A stretch of 64,000 nt of DNA from Histomonas meleagridis 2922-C6/04-290x (taxonomy: Eukaryota > Protista > Parabasalia), in contig JAANOX010000136.1 of NCBI GenBank assembly GCA_020184695.1, positions 62,001 to 126,000 of the forward strand. Direction: 5' to 3'. Below are positions 51,983-63,261 of the stretch, piece by piece. Below the pieces are notes generated by a model. The model ran no database searches, was not told the origin of the DNA, and worked only from the letters and a program-made list of their open reading frames with translations. Within the stretch, counting starts at the first letter, position 1; every line of letters begins with the position of its first letter. The translations under genes and the position numbers were made by a program.

Positions 51983-54892
51983 ATGGATTTAGTTCAAAGA
52001 TTTACTTTCCTTTTTTCAAATCTAATAACACCAAATGAAAATTTTCAAGCAGTACAAGATGAAATTATTCAGCACATTCAAAATCCTCTTGCGATTTTTC
52101 CATTAATTCAAATTGCAAATGATCATCAAAATCAAACAATTCAACATTATGCGCTTATTTTTGCACGACAATATTTCTCTAATGTATTCGAAATGGAAGA
52201 TAAATCTCAATGTCCTGATTATAGTCAATTGAAAACAGTATTATTAGAAATGATACCAAAAGAACCAAATGCACAATTGCAAAGAGCAATATGCGATGTC
52301 ATTGATGTTTTTGCTACAATTGTAATTCAATATTCTACTTGGCCCGAATTACCAATATTTTGTTTTAACCTTATTTTACATTCCAACTTCAATGCAACTG
52401 GACTTTATCTTCTTAACTGCATTTACCAAGCTCTTCCAGACGAAGAGCAGCAAAAGTATTTTGTTGAATATGGAAACATTACCACTACAGCCATTGTTTC
52501 TGAAGACATTGACATGAGGATCCAAGGAATTAAAGCACTTGACACTATTACGCCTCTAATTGTTAACCCTGATGATATAATACAGATTCCAAATTTGGTT
52601 GCATCACTTACAACTGCAGCACAAACAGCCGTCTATAAGACACAAGATGGGAATGAATGTGCTCTTCTTTTCGGTACACTTTCCGATGTTCTCTTTGATC
52701 GTTTTCCGGTACTTATCGAAGTTTCTCCATCATTTTGTGACTTTGCTCTTTCGCTTACTGATAACAAAGCGATTCCTTTAACAATTCGAATTTGTGTGCA
52801 ACAAATCCTTGATGATGCTCCTAAGTTTATACCAAACTATTTTGAAGCACACCTTCAAGAATTTATCCAAAGAACAATTACACTTTCAATCGAAGCATGT
52901 TCACTTGAACGAGAGATGAACACGTATATGTTTCCGCAACGTTTCTTTGAAGTTCTTTCCAGTAATGTTGATCAATATTTATGTTATGAAGTTGTTATTC
53001 AATGTGTTGCATCACTTATAAAAGCTAATAATCCGATCATATTACAAGTTGCAATATATGTATTATCATGTTTTATAGAGAATTGTTCTGATGCATTAGC
53101 AGATTCACCTACAGATGTAATAAATTTGGCACTTAGTGGACTTGATTCTAATGATATTCTTGTATCATTATCAGCTGCTGAGTTAATTATCCAAATATCA
53201 CAATATGCATCTGCATGTATTTCATCTAATTTAGATAATTTTGTACGAATATTAATACCAAAAATGATACAATATAATTTTCTTGAAGCATTAAATTCTA
53301 TTTTAATTAACTCTGAACAAGTTACAATATATTTACAACAATTAATTGAATGTTGTGTACAATTACTTTCAAGTAATTTTGAGTTTAAAGAAGAAGTCAT
53401 TGAATGTATCATTAATTCATTAACTAATTGTGATATTAATGAGGAATTATATTCCGTAATTGCGCCAACACTTATTAATTTAATGATTCAAGATAATTCA
53501 TTAATAGAAGTTATATATCAATGTTTCGGAGTATTATCAAATACTTCTCCAAGATCAATCATTAATAATCTTAATGAAATAACACAAATAATGTTTAATT
53601 CCGGAATTTCACAATTAGGTGCATTACCTGCATTATTATCATTTATCGAGAAATTCCCAATATCAATGCAACCATTTAAAGATCAATCAATACAATTATC
53701 AGTAACAGTATTAGAAACAGACTTTGAAAACATTGATGAAGAAATAGTTTCTAATGCAAGAGCTGCATCGATACAAATATTATCATATTTATGTCCAACT
53801 AATTTACATTTTGTTGAAATATTAGCAAAAATGATTCCATCTATATCTAATAAAGATAAACAAAGTTCAGCAATAGCATTTTCTAATGCTATTCCAATGT
53901 TATCATTACATACAACACTTGATCCAACACCATTTTTATTGGAATATTTAAATGAATTACCTGATTTAGAAGAACCTGAATCAGTTATGTATAACATTGA
54001 GACAATTATTTCAATTATATCATATTTCGATCGTTCGATTACATATAATAATAGTGAAATTATAGCTAATTTCATACTTAGATCAATGAAAGGAGAAATT
54101 AAATCATTACAAAAAACAGAATCAAAACAAACATCGGAATCAATTATAATACCGGCAATATATCATTTGTTTAATATATTTATAACTATTATGGGTAATG
54201 ACTTTGTTCAATTTCTTGGACCATTTCAAGAGAAACTTATTCAACAATTATCATGTAAAAATAGAACGCAAAGAGGTTATGCAGTAAATGCATTATCATA
54301 TTTAGCATCGATTCTTAAAAATGCTGATCTTTTTAATATGGCGCTTACACAAACATTTCAACTTTTAAGAATTACACATATATATTTACGGATTAATATA
54401 ATTCAATCTTTATTAATAATGATTAGATTTGATCCAGTAATAATTTCATCACAACAAGAAATTATTAGAAATGTTATAAATCAAATTCTTACAGAAGGTA
54501 ATAATAGTTCATTAATTCTTTATGAAATCACAGCTGCGCTTTGGTGTAGATGTATAATTAGTTATAATTGGAATGTGTCTTTGGATGATATTAATATCAT
54601 TTTAAATAAAATTCAAATAGATATAGATGAAGATGACTTTAATAGAAGTGAAGATTTCGCTTTGCTATGTATGAAAGTTTTGACATCTGTAAGCATAGAA
54701 CAATTTGCAGTTGTGAAAAAAATAGCATTAAGAATAATGACATTACCTTTGTGGAATTATAAAAGATTAAATGCGGAGGTGATAGAATTCGCAAAGAAAA
54801 TGTTAAATATGTCATCAGATGAAATGAATTTTTTGCTGGGATATGATCAAAGAAAAATTACAACTGTGATGGAAAGATTACAACAAAATTAA
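51983..54892 (+). CDS. Importin-beta/karyopherin-like HEAT-repeat protein
   Basis: 969-aa all-helical ORF with an IBN_N-like start (LIQIANDHQNQTIQHYALIFARQ). Confidence 0.65.
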   Translation: MDLVQRFTFLFSNLITPNENFQAVQDEIIQHIQNPLAIFPLIQIANDHQNQTIQHYALIFARQYFSNVFEMEDKSQCPDYSQLKTVLLEMIPKEPNAQLQRAICDVIDVFATIVIQYSTWPELPIFCFNLILHSNFNATGLYLLNCIYQALPDEEQQKYFVEYGNITTTAIVSEDIDMRIQGIKALDTITPLIVNPDDIIQIPNLVASLTTAAQTAVYKTQDGNECALLFGTLSDVLFDRFPVLIEVSPSFCDFALSLTDNKAIPLTIRICVQQILDDAPKFIPNYFEAHLQEFIQRTITLSIEACSLEREMNTYMFPQRFFEVLSSNVDQYLCYEVVIQCVASLIKANNPIILQVAIYVLSCFIENCSDALADSPTDVINLALSGLDSNDILVSLSAAELIIQISQYASACISSNLDNFVRILIPKMIQYNFLEALNSILINSEQVTIYLQQLIECCVQLLSSNFEFKEEVIECIINSLTNCDINEELYSVIAPTLINLMIQDNSLIEVIYQCFGVLSNTSPRSIINNLNEITQIMFNSGISQLGALPALLSFIEKFPISMQPFKDQSIQLSVTVLETDFENIDEEIVSNARAASIQILSYLCPTNLHFVEILAKMIPSISNKDKQSSAIAFSNAIPMLSLHTTLDPTPFLLEYLNELPDLEEPESVMYNIETIISIISYFDRSITYNNSEIIANFILRSMKGEIKSLQKTESKQTSESIIIPAIYHLFNIFITIMGNDFVQFLGPFQEKLIQQLSCKNRTQRGYAVNALSYLASILKNADLFNMALTQTFQLLRITHIYLRINIIQSLLIMIRFDPVIISSQQEIIRNVINQILTEGNNSSLILYEITAALWCRCIISYNWNVSLDDINIILNKIQIDIDEDDFNRSEDFALLCMKVLTSVSIEQFAVVKKIALRIMTLPLWNYKRLNAEVIEFAKKMLNMSSDEMNFLLGYDQRKITTVMERLQQN

Positions 54893-55367
54893 TAATAATA
54901 ATACAATAAACTGTTTTTCTTTTAATTTTTTTATTTTATTTTATGAATAAAAAAATGATAAAGGATCAAAATATATAATAAGTTTTATTTGATTGATTAA
55001 ATATTTTCTGATAGTGTTTCGTAATACTTTTGTTTGCAACTAACAAAAAGATTGGGGTCAAAAATTTATTGTATTTTTTTTATAATATTTATGTGATCAC
55101 GATACTGGAGTCTTGATAGAACCCCACAGGATGGAAGGGATTGATAAATTGATATATCTGATTTTAATCTCAGAAAAAAATTATAAAGTTTACTCTAGAG
55201 TAAATCATTCAAACATATGACGGTTATACGATGCTTTACGTTCGACAAACCGACGTTATCTGACAACGGTTTTTACCCAAACGATATTATGCACGTTTGT
55301 CAATTTTACATAGAATTAACTGCAAGAAATTCATTGAAAATCGATTTTTTAACCCACAAATCGAAGA

Positions 55368-56453
55368 ATGTTTTGGGCTTTACTTAGTCTTTCTTTTTCT
55401 GATTGGCAAGTGGATTCATATCCTCATGAAGGAGAAAACATTTCATGTGGTGATATATTTTGCACTGGTCTATGTATGAATTATATTAATCATTCAAGAA
55501 ATACAGAAGAATTTATTCTTTTTGAAAATGCTTCTTTCTGTTATACAGGCAATTATGATTTATGCTATTCGGTCAGATACGTGTATTATTTATGCACCGG
55601 TGTATTTTTAATTCCAGCAATTCTTGTGTCTATCTATTTATGCTTCAAAAAATGTTTTATACTTCGAACTTACAGTTGCTGCGAGTTTGTTTCAATGTTT
55701 GTTGGTGCAATATTTGGACCTGGAAGTCTTGGTATCTTTATTGCAGGCCTTTACTGCATTGTAGCATATGATAACAAGTTTGAAAACTTAGCGTCCGGCT
55801 TGATATCAGGTTTTGCAGTATTATTTGTAATTGGCATACTTTGGATGTTAACAATTTGTCGTATAATTCCAACGACATCCTATCATTTCATGGGGAAAGA
55901 CATTTATACCCTCAACGAACTGACAGAAAAAATCACAGACATTCGAACCACACCACCAATCTATAAAATCTTTCACGAAGCGCATGATGTGCCAAAAGAA
56001 TTCTATAAAAATGCGGAATATGTCACATGGGAAGAGTATGAAGAGGTTGTTTCTATTCCGACAGATACCACAATATGCGTAATATTCGAAAGTGAAATTT
56101 ATTGGAGCGATGCAATGATAAATGAGCTGGATGGCATCAAAAAGGAAAACAGTGGAATCTTTTCTACAAAGGTTTGTCTTGACGCGAATTTGGACTCTTT
56201 GATTGCTGGAAATGATATTCCATTTGTCGTCAAGTTGTTCTCGAGGCGCTACATGAAGGTGCTTTACATAATTCTGATCATTTTGTCGTGCTCATATTTA
56301 ATGGACTTGATATTCTTCTCAAATTGCCAAGTGATAATTGTGAAGACTTCCAAAAGAGCTGACATAGAGCCAACATACAGAGCGAAGGCAGGGGAAAGGG
56401 ACCTCGAAGCTGCAACTTACATTTTAAATGATGGGAAAGAGGAATGCCCGTAA
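55368..56453 (+). CDS. Hypothetical membrane protein with signal peptide and Cys-rich N-terminus
   Basis: ATG 55368, a signal-like start and about four hydrophobic segments. Confidence 0.7.
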   Translation: MFWALLSLSFSDWQVDSYPHEGENISCGDIFCTGLCMNYINHSRNTEEFILFENASFCYTGNYDLCYSVRYVYYLCTGVFLIPAILVSIYLCFKKCFILRTYSCCEFVSMFVGAIFGPGSLGIFIAGLYCIVAYDNKFENLASGLISGFAVLFVIGILWMLTICRIIPTTSYHFMGKDIYTLNELTEKITDIRTTPPIYKIFHEAHDVPKEFYKNAEYVTWEEYEEVVSIPTDTTICVIFESEIYWSDAMINELDGIKKENSGIFSTKVCLDANLDSLIAGNDIPFVVKLFSRRYMKVLYIILIILSCSYLMDLIFFSNCQVIIVKTSKRADIEPTYRAKAGERDLEAATYILNDGKEECP

Positions 56454-56651
56454 GGATAATATGTTCTTTGTTATGGTTTTAAAATATTTGGATATATTTG
56501 TTATTGTTGAAATCAAATTTGATATTACTTTACAAGAGTTTAATATTGAACAGAAATTTCTTCACTATTAATGTAAAAACATTCCGAAGATTTTATATTG
56601 TTAGAAATGTATTCTTATTTTTTTATTTTTTTGAAAATTGCACAGCAATTC

Positions 56652-56852
56652 ATGATACCAGGAACAGTGTTATGCCCATCGATGGAAATTTATCCAGGTG
56701 AAAAACAAGGTAAGTTTAGGTTAAGTGGTGACGAAACAATATTCAATGAAAAAGGCGAAAGCAAAATATCAAATTCTGATTATGCTGTTGCATTGATTGA
56801 TGAAATAGCCAATGGTAATTACATTGGAAAACGCTTCACAGTTGGTTACTAA
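56652..56852 (+). pseudogene. C-terminal fragment of a bacterial-type NAD(P)-binding oxidoreductase (YwnB/flavin-reductase-like)
   Basis: CPSMEIYPGEKQGKFRLSGD...GESKISNSDYAVALIDEIANGNYIGKRFTVGY* matches the C-terminus of that family. The N-terminal Rossmann motif is absent. Confidence 0.7.
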
Positions 56853-57410
56853 ATAAGTAACTAACAATTTATTTTATTTTTTTTACTAAGTATGGATAAT
56901 TGAAACATTGTTTCAAATAAAAAATCCTAAATCCTTTTGTATACATAATATATTTCTGAAAATTATATAAATTATGTTAGCACACAAATGGTTTTTATTC
57001 CTTAATGCTAATACATAATAACAACAGATAATTATAATAATAAACACCAAAAAAAAAATAATAAACTTTGCTAAAAGCTTACATAAACATTTGAATAAAA
57101 CGGATAAACTTAATTATTGATAAATATATTATTTGAATATGAAAAATTTGTTCAGATTATATTTCATTATGTTTTGAAAATTCAGGTTTTTTTCATCGAA
57201 AGTTAAAATAATTTGCATGATCAATATTAGTAACTGAAAATTAGAGAGTTCACTGTATCTAAAAACATTTATATTAGTTTCATATAATAAAATATATAAA
57301 GGAAATATTGGATGCAATAAATGTCTTAAAAATGTACTTTTAATATGAGAGATTATTTTTTCCTCTTAGTGAATGATTCCTCGTATCAGAGCGCAAAAAT
57401 GAAAAAAATC

Positions 57411-57481
57411 TGCATCGCCCGGGAATCGGACCCGGACCCCCAGCTTGGCAAGCTGAAATTCTACCATTAGACCAGCGATGC
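57411..57481 (-). tRNA. tRNA-Gly (GCC)
   Basis: GCATCGC/GCGATGC acceptor stem, anticodon arm TCAGC-TTGCCAA-GCTGG, T stem CCGGG/CCCGG, discriminator A, and a downstream T7 Pol III terminator. Confidence 0.93.
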
Positions 57482-57563
57482 TCTCGAAGATCTTAATCAT
57501 TATATTTAATTTAGATATATGAAGAACGTATTAACCAAATAAATAACGTACAAATAATAACAA

Positions 57564-59495
57564 ATGAGCGCAAATGAAAATTACACTCGAACAATCTACT
57601 CACTTATTGCTGATGAAAACTACAACGAAGCTTTACGGATGCTCACAAATGAACTACATTCATATCCTGATTCTACAGCAATACATTCTTTAATGGCATA
57701 TTGTTATTGGCAACAAGAAGATTATCAAAAAGCTTGCCAAAGTTATGCCAAGCTTGTTCAATTAAATCCAACGAATGACAAATACAAACTTCTTCATGCT
57801 CAATGTCTTTACAAAACAGATCAATTTTATGAAGCAATGCGTGTTTCCTTTGGTGTTCAATCGCCTGAACTCAAAGAGAAAGTTACTCTTCTTCAAGCAG
57901 CAATTCGTTATGCTGAAGAAGATATCCAATCTTCCAAATCAATTCTAGCAGAAAGTGATCAACAAAACGAAAATATTATGTTTGACACAGCTGTTGTTTT
58001 ATTTAAGGAAGATCGTATCGAAGAAGCTCTTGAGAAATTCAATGAAATCAAGCGAGTACATGGATTTATTCCTGAAGTTGCATATTGTATTGCACTTTGT
58101 CACTATCGTCTCAACCATTTTTCAGATGCTATTAGCTTTATAGCGGAGATCAAATCTGATATTGCTCGTAAACATCCAGAACTCCTTCGTTCTCTGGCTG
58201 GTGAAAACATTGACTTTGATATTGTTGGTAAGTTATCTCAGTTCCAAGATCTCTTCTTAGTTGAAACCTTCAATCTTTTAATGGCTATTGAATATGATCA
58301 AAAACATTATCGTGAAGCCAAAGATGCACTCAATGAACTTCCAAACCGTAGCGAAGAAGAGTTAGATCTTATCACTTTGCATAATACTGCTCTTGTTACA
58401 ATGGAAGATGATCCATCATCTTCATTTTCCAAACTTAATTTTCTTCTTACACAAGAGCCGCCACTTTCGGAAACATTTCGTAATTTATTACTTGGTTATT
58501 GTAAATTTGAATATTATGCATATGCAGCGGATTTACTTGCTGAAAATTCAGACCTAGCACTAAAAACTATGGGCCAGCCAATGCTAGATTTCCTTGATGC
58601 CGTTTTATTATGCGCATCGTCCAAAGAAGAAGCATATCGAAAATTCGACGAAATCTGTAAGTCGAAAAGTGACATTTTACGCAAACTTTTATCAAAAATT
58701 GACGAAGCACGCAAAACACAAGATACAGAGCAGCAATCGCAACTTTCACTTGAATTTGAAGCTGTTGTTGAAGAGCTTATCCCAGTATTAATGGCACAAG
58801 CCAAAATATTTTGGGATTTAAGAAATTATCAACTTGTAGAACTTTTATTATTAAAATACCAAGACTATTGTTCTGACAATCGAATATGGAAACTCAATTT
58901 AGCACATACATACTTTATGCAAGAAAATAAAATGAATCAAGCGATACAATGTTATGAACAAATTGTTTTAGGCGAACCTAATTTACTTGATATTGAAGCC
59001 ATTTTAGTTGCAAATCTATGTGTAGCCTATGTAATTACTAATCAAAATTCATCTGCTGATACATTAATTAGTCGATTAACTGATGATGAAGCAGAAAGAT
59101 CAAAAGAAGACGAAAATGCAAAATTATATCATTTATCAATTCTACATTTAGTTGTTGGTACTTTATATTGTGCACATCGGAATTATGAGTTTGGAATAGA
59201 TTATGTGTTTAAAGCATTTAACCCAATGCATAAGAAGTTAAACGCTGATACATGGTTTTATGCTAAGAAATGCTTAAATGAGATATTGAGGGCTATGGCG
59301 AATAGAACTTATGTTGTGCCCGACGCAACACTTGATAAAATTTTGGGATTTTTGGATGAGGTGGATAAAAATGGAAAGAAAATAGAGTCCATTATCGATA
59401 TGACTTTGATGGCTGAAGAGGCACATGAAAACCAAACAGTAAGCTTCGAGGCAAGAGCTATAAAAGCAATGTTCTTGAGATTTTATAATTTTTAA
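57564..59495 (+). CDS. TTC30: Intraflagellar transport protein IFT70/TTC30 (TPR)
   Basis: YTRTIYSLIADENY, HAQCLYK, ELPNRSEEELDLITLHNTAL, IPVLMAQAKIFW, IVLANLCVAY-like, DTWFYAKKC motifs. Confidence 0.92.
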   Translation: MSANENYTRTIYSLIADENYNEALRMLTNELHSYPDSTAIHSLMAYCYWQQEDYQKACQSYAKLVQLNPTNDKYKLLHAQCLYKTDQFYEAMRVSFGVQSPELKEKVTLLQAAIRYAEEDIQSSKSILAESDQQNENIMFDTAVVLFKEDRIEEALEKFNEIKRVHGFIPEVAYCIALCHYRLNHFSDAISFIAEIKSDIARKHPELLRSLAGENIDFDIVGKLSQFQDLFLVETFNLLMAIEYDQKHYREAKDALNELPNRSEEELDLITLHNTALVTMEDDPSSSFSKLNFLLTQEPPLSETFRNLLLGYCKFEYYAYAADLLAENSDLALKTMGQPMLDFLDAVLLCASSKEEAYRKFDEICKSKSDILRKLLSKIDEARKTQDTEQQSQLSLEFEAVVEELIPVLMAQAKIFWDLRNYQLVELLLLKYQDYCSDNRIWKLNLAHTYFMQENKMNQAIQCYEQIVLGEPNLLDIEAILVANLCVAYVITNQNSSADTLISRLTDDEAERSKEDENAKLYHLSILHLVVGTLYCAHRNYEFGIDYVFKAFNPMHKKLNADTWFYAKKCLNEILRAMANRTYVVPDATLDKILGFLDEVDKNGKKIESIIDMTLMAEEAHENQTVSFEARAIKAMFLRFYNF

Positions 59496-59799
59496 ATAAA
59501 TTTATTTTGAAATATAATTGTCTTTTTTTTTTAAGAAATTTTATACTAAAACAAATAAGAACAAATAGGAGCTTTTGGTGAAGCTATTTTAGTGAATTTC
59601 TTCATCACAGGTGTCCCAATCAATAATTTTCCCCAATAAGATTTACAAAAAATAGACAATCAATGTCTCTTCATAATGAACTTATTCCGACTTGCCAATA
59701 TTTGATTATTTTTTATATGATGAAAACATTTATTTTGTAATTAAGTATGCGACATATGTCATTTCAAAAGAGAACCATTTATTACTAATAGAAAAGCGT

Positions 59800-60060
59800 T
59801 GTATGCCCATGCTGATTAAGTTATTTGAAATTATTGTTTTTTCTGTTCATCACAAAGATACGTTTAACAATGTATTATATTATTATATTATAATGAAACA
59901 AAGAGTGCACAATTTAATAAAGTTCTTTGTGGTAACGAAATTCATTTAAATAGATTTGTGTTACTAACAGAAGGAATGAAAATGGCAACAAAACTTCACG
60001 CAAGGTATTTCGAAACAAGTGCATAAACTGGTAAAGTCATAAATGTTTTACAGCAATGTA
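59800..60060 (+). pseudogene. Degenerate Rab-GTPase remnant
   Basis: EIIVFSVHHKDTFNNV (frameshift) VLCGNEIHLNRFVLLTEGMKMATKLHARYFETSA*TGK resembles the G4-G5 region of Rab GTPases. Confidence 0.6.
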
Positions 60061-60612
60061 TTTGAACCAGCGAGAAAAGTGACATCACCGAAAGTAGCAG
60101 TTGTAAACTTCAGATTGTTTTATCGGCTTATAAATAAAACCGTAAATTTTATAAATGGTTTTAAACTCGATTCTCTTTATTGTTTCTTTAAGTAGTATGT
60201 CAGAAAACAAGATATTTTCATCATTTAGTCAATGGAATGTTATTAGCCTCATATCAGTTTCAATCTTAAGCTGTATATTTCTGATTTTAATTTTTCAATT
60301 TTGTTTCAAATCTACAACACCATCACAGGTTTTGAATGCTCAAGGTGGAAGCTTGCTAGATTATGAGTGAACTATATGTAGTGTTATTTAAAAGAAATTA
60401 AAATTAATCAAAGAAAAATGTATCTTGATATTATATGCCTTAAATGCCAGATCAAAAAATGAATATATTTTTCATTGAAGGATAATGGAAATAAAATAAT
60501 AAAAATAGCTAATTTGAAAATCGCTTTTTCTTCTCATACCAAAACAAATTGTAAAAAAAACCAGTGGTATAAAAAATTAAGCTTATTTGATTGTTTAAAT
60601 GAATTTATAAGT

Positions 60613-60984
60613 TTATGCCTTTAATGCATATTTAACCGGTTTAAGATACTTAGCACGACGTGCGGCCTTCTTAGTAAGCTTGTTTGCATACTTGGCTGGG
60701 AGAACTTTGCGTTGGGCCTTAACTTGCTTCTTGCGGATATCTTTTGGAATATGCTTCTTTCCATTGTACTTCTCAAGGAGAGCCTTACGTTGTTGCTCCA
60801 TCAAAACAGTTTTGACACGAGCTACATCACGACGTACGTTCAAAATTTCTGATAATTTTTGACGTGAAGATGATGTAGCAATCTGTCCACGAAGTTCAAA
60901 AAGCTTCTTTTCCAATGTAGCAAGTTCTTCGAGAAGATCAGCGCGAGATTTTTGGATGAGTTCGTGTGCTTTGAGATGTCCCAT
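60613..60984 (-). CDS. RPL35: 60S ribosomal protein L35 (uL29)
   Basis: KAHELIQKSRADLLEEL, VRRDVARVKTV, KHIPKDIRKK, KYALKA. Confidence 0.93.
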   Translation of the reverse strand: MGHLKAHELIQKSRADLLEELATLEKKLFELRGQIATSSSRQKLSEILNVRRDVARVKTVLMEQQRKALLEKYNGKKHIPKDIRKKQVKAQRKVLPAKYANKLTKKAARRAKYLKPVKYALKA

Positions 60985-61056
60985 AAAGAAGAGGTTGGAC
61001 CAAACGTCACTTTTACAGACCGTTTATATAAGAAGAAAACGTTTAAATAAAATCTC

Positions 61057-61758
61057 ATGTTCTTTGAATCAGCAAAAGCATTTCTCTTATCTTTTATGTT
61101 ATCTGTATTAAATTATAATTTTTCAGACAATGGTATTCATAGATTTAATGGTTCATTCAAAACATGTGATGAATCAATTTTATTTCCAAAAGTATCTTTT
61201 TTTTCATCGACTGGATTCGAAAGTAATAACATCGATTGTATAATTTTACCTAATGAACAGAATCAAATTTCATCAGAAAATAAACTTGAATGGAAAGTGT
61301 CTCAAAATGGATTTCATACTTCACTAGAATTAGCATTTGAAATCAAAGAGTTTCCTGAAAGAGATTGTATTTATTCTCTCTTCATTCCTCCATCTTCATT
61401 TCTCGATGTTCCTGAAGCTGATGATCGCGAATTACCAGCACCACAGATCCCAAAGATACACTACTCACCACTCAATCAGACTAAAGTTGAAATACAACAT
61501 AGATATCCAATTCCAGATGGAGAAACTCACAAAATTACCATATTTCCTCCAGATGTTTTTTGCATTAACTCAAAACAGCAAATCACAAAAATCAAAATGA
61601 GCAAACCAAACTCATTTTCACTTGAAGTTCCTGCAGCATCACCAAAATATGCAAATATTGTTTATATAGCTACTGCTGCTGCACCGATAATTGCACTTCT
61701 TGTACATGTTTGTATTATATTTTGTAATAAATATTTGACTCGTTCCCAAAAGAAATAA
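61057..61758 (+). CDS. Single-pass membrane protein, possibly PIG-X/PBN1-like
   Basis: Signal-like N-terminus, IPPSSFLD, QHRYP, LEVPA and a C-terminal TM. The layout resembles the PIG-X family; low confidence on the family. Confidence 0.5.
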   Translation: MFFESAKAFLLSFMLSVLNYNFSDNGIHRFNGSFKTCDESILFPKVSFFSSTGFESNNIDCIILPNEQNQISSENKLEWKVSQNGFHTSLELAFEIKEFPERDCIYSLFIPPSSFLDVPEADDRELPAPQIPKIHYSPLNQTKVEIQHRYPIPDGETHKITIFPPDVFCINSKQQITKIKMSKPNSFSLEVPAASPKYANIVYIATAAAPIIALLVHVCIIFCNKYLTRSQKK

Positions 61759-61969
61759 ATAAATTAATAAAATTTGTTTTCACTCGTTTTTTTTTTTTTT
61801 ATTATATGCTTTAAATGAATATTCGTATTAACCTTTGGAATGAACAGAATTTTAAATTTAAATTTTTGTATTTAAAAAAAATAAAAACAATTTTAAACAT
61901 TTTACATATAAAGTTAGGCAAAGAGGAAAATAGTTGGAATACATTCAATATAAAGATATTAAAAACAAA

Positions 61970-62515
61970 CTATGTGGGATTATGCATTGAAATCTTATTG
62001 ATCATTTCCTGCATTTGATATATCTGTTGATTAATTGATGATGGATTTGCTAAAGCTTCAAGCTCCTTTTTGTCCTCTGATATTCTTCTTTTGAGATCTT
62101 CATTCTGTGCAATGATTGCTTTTTGATTCTGGATTTTTGTATCAATTAACTTACTTAATATATTGAAGTATGTTAATTGCGTCTGTGGAACATGTATTTC
62201 AAAGGGAGGTACTAGCTTGCTTAATTCTGGGATTTTCTTTAATATTTCTAGTAATTCTTCTTTTGATCCATTAAGGGAAAAATAACAATGACTAAAATCT
62301 GCGCCTTCATATTTAAATAAATACATACTATAAATAGAAGAACAAAGTGCTGCGAAAACATCTGAATACTGTATGTTCATTTCTTTTTTAAAATGGTATG
62401 TTTGAAGTGCTTGAAAAATATCACACGCACGAATCCCCTTATTTCCAATTTCGCTTTTTCTTTGGCCAAACTTGTCCATAATATTGATAATCGCTTCAAT
62501 TAATTCAACATCCAT
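61970..62515 (-). CDS. Hypothetical protein, 181 aa, C-terminal coiled coil
   Basis: ATG-initiated ORF with coding-like composition. Confidence 0.6.
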   Translation of the reverse strand: MDVELIEAIINIMDKFGQRKSEIGNKGIRACDIFQALQTYHFKKEMNIQYSDVFAALCSSIYSMYLFKYEGADFSHCYFSLNGSKEELLEILKKIPELSKLVPPFEIHVPQTQLTYFNILSKLIDTKIQNQKAIIAQNEDLKRRISEDKKELEALANPSSINQQIYQMQEMINKISMHNPT

Positions 62516-62898
62516 GCCAATTCTTGCAAGGAACGTTTTTTAATCGTTTCACAGAATTTTCTTTCTATCGTTCACACGATAGGGCATTCATTGAAATCAA
62601 AATATCTTTTTATATTATATATTTTATTATTATGTCAAATATAATCAACATTGCTTATCTAAAGCATGAAATAATTTATGGAAAAGTTGTAAAAATCTTG
62701 AGTTTTTACTACAGTAAAATGAGTTCATTTAAATCTCAATTTTGAAAACAAATTATTTGACGATAGCGCACATTATCAAGACAAAAAAAATTTAAAAATT
62801 TGCGACAAATTGATGATTTATTGATCAACAAAACAAAAAACTTCTGAACCGCATAATTACACAATTCTTAGAGAGAAAAAGTCGTGATTCTTTGGAAA

Positions 62899-63261
62899 TT
62901 AAATTGATTCAAAACAAAAATTAACGTCAAAATCAAAGTCAAAGTTTGCACCAACATCATCAAAGTTAATAGATGGTTCTTCTTTGATAATTGGAGCCAT
63001 ATTCTCGAGGTTTGATAATTCTTCTTCATAAGAAATTTTCTTTAAACTTGGAAAAACAACAACTCCTTCGTTAAGGCTAGGAGAAGGAGGCTCGCTGGTC
63101 TTAATAATGTTTGGGATTTCTTTTGATAAAAGATCAATACGGTTCAATGGAAAAATATGTCTACCTTTTTCATCAAGCTTATATTCTTTATAAAGAGATC
63201 CATCTTTGTTGTATACTTTTATTGAGCGAATGGCATTTCTTGTTTGGGAGAATCTTCCCAT
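62899..63261 (-). CDS. Hypothetical protein, 120 aa
   Basis: ATG-initiated ORF with a basic N-terminal and an acidic/Phe-rich C-terminal half. Confidence 0.55.
   Translation of the reverse strand: MGRFSQTRNAIRSIKVYNKDGSLYKEYKLDEKGRHIFPLNRIDLLSKEIPNIIKTSEPPSPSLNEGVVVFPSLKKISYEEELSNLENMAPIIKEEPSINFDDVGANFDFDFDVNFCFESI

Noticed and set aside
60155-60370. 71-aa hydrophobic ORF
   Set aside because: Short and AT-rich, and hydrophobicity is expected from T-richness. No independent support.
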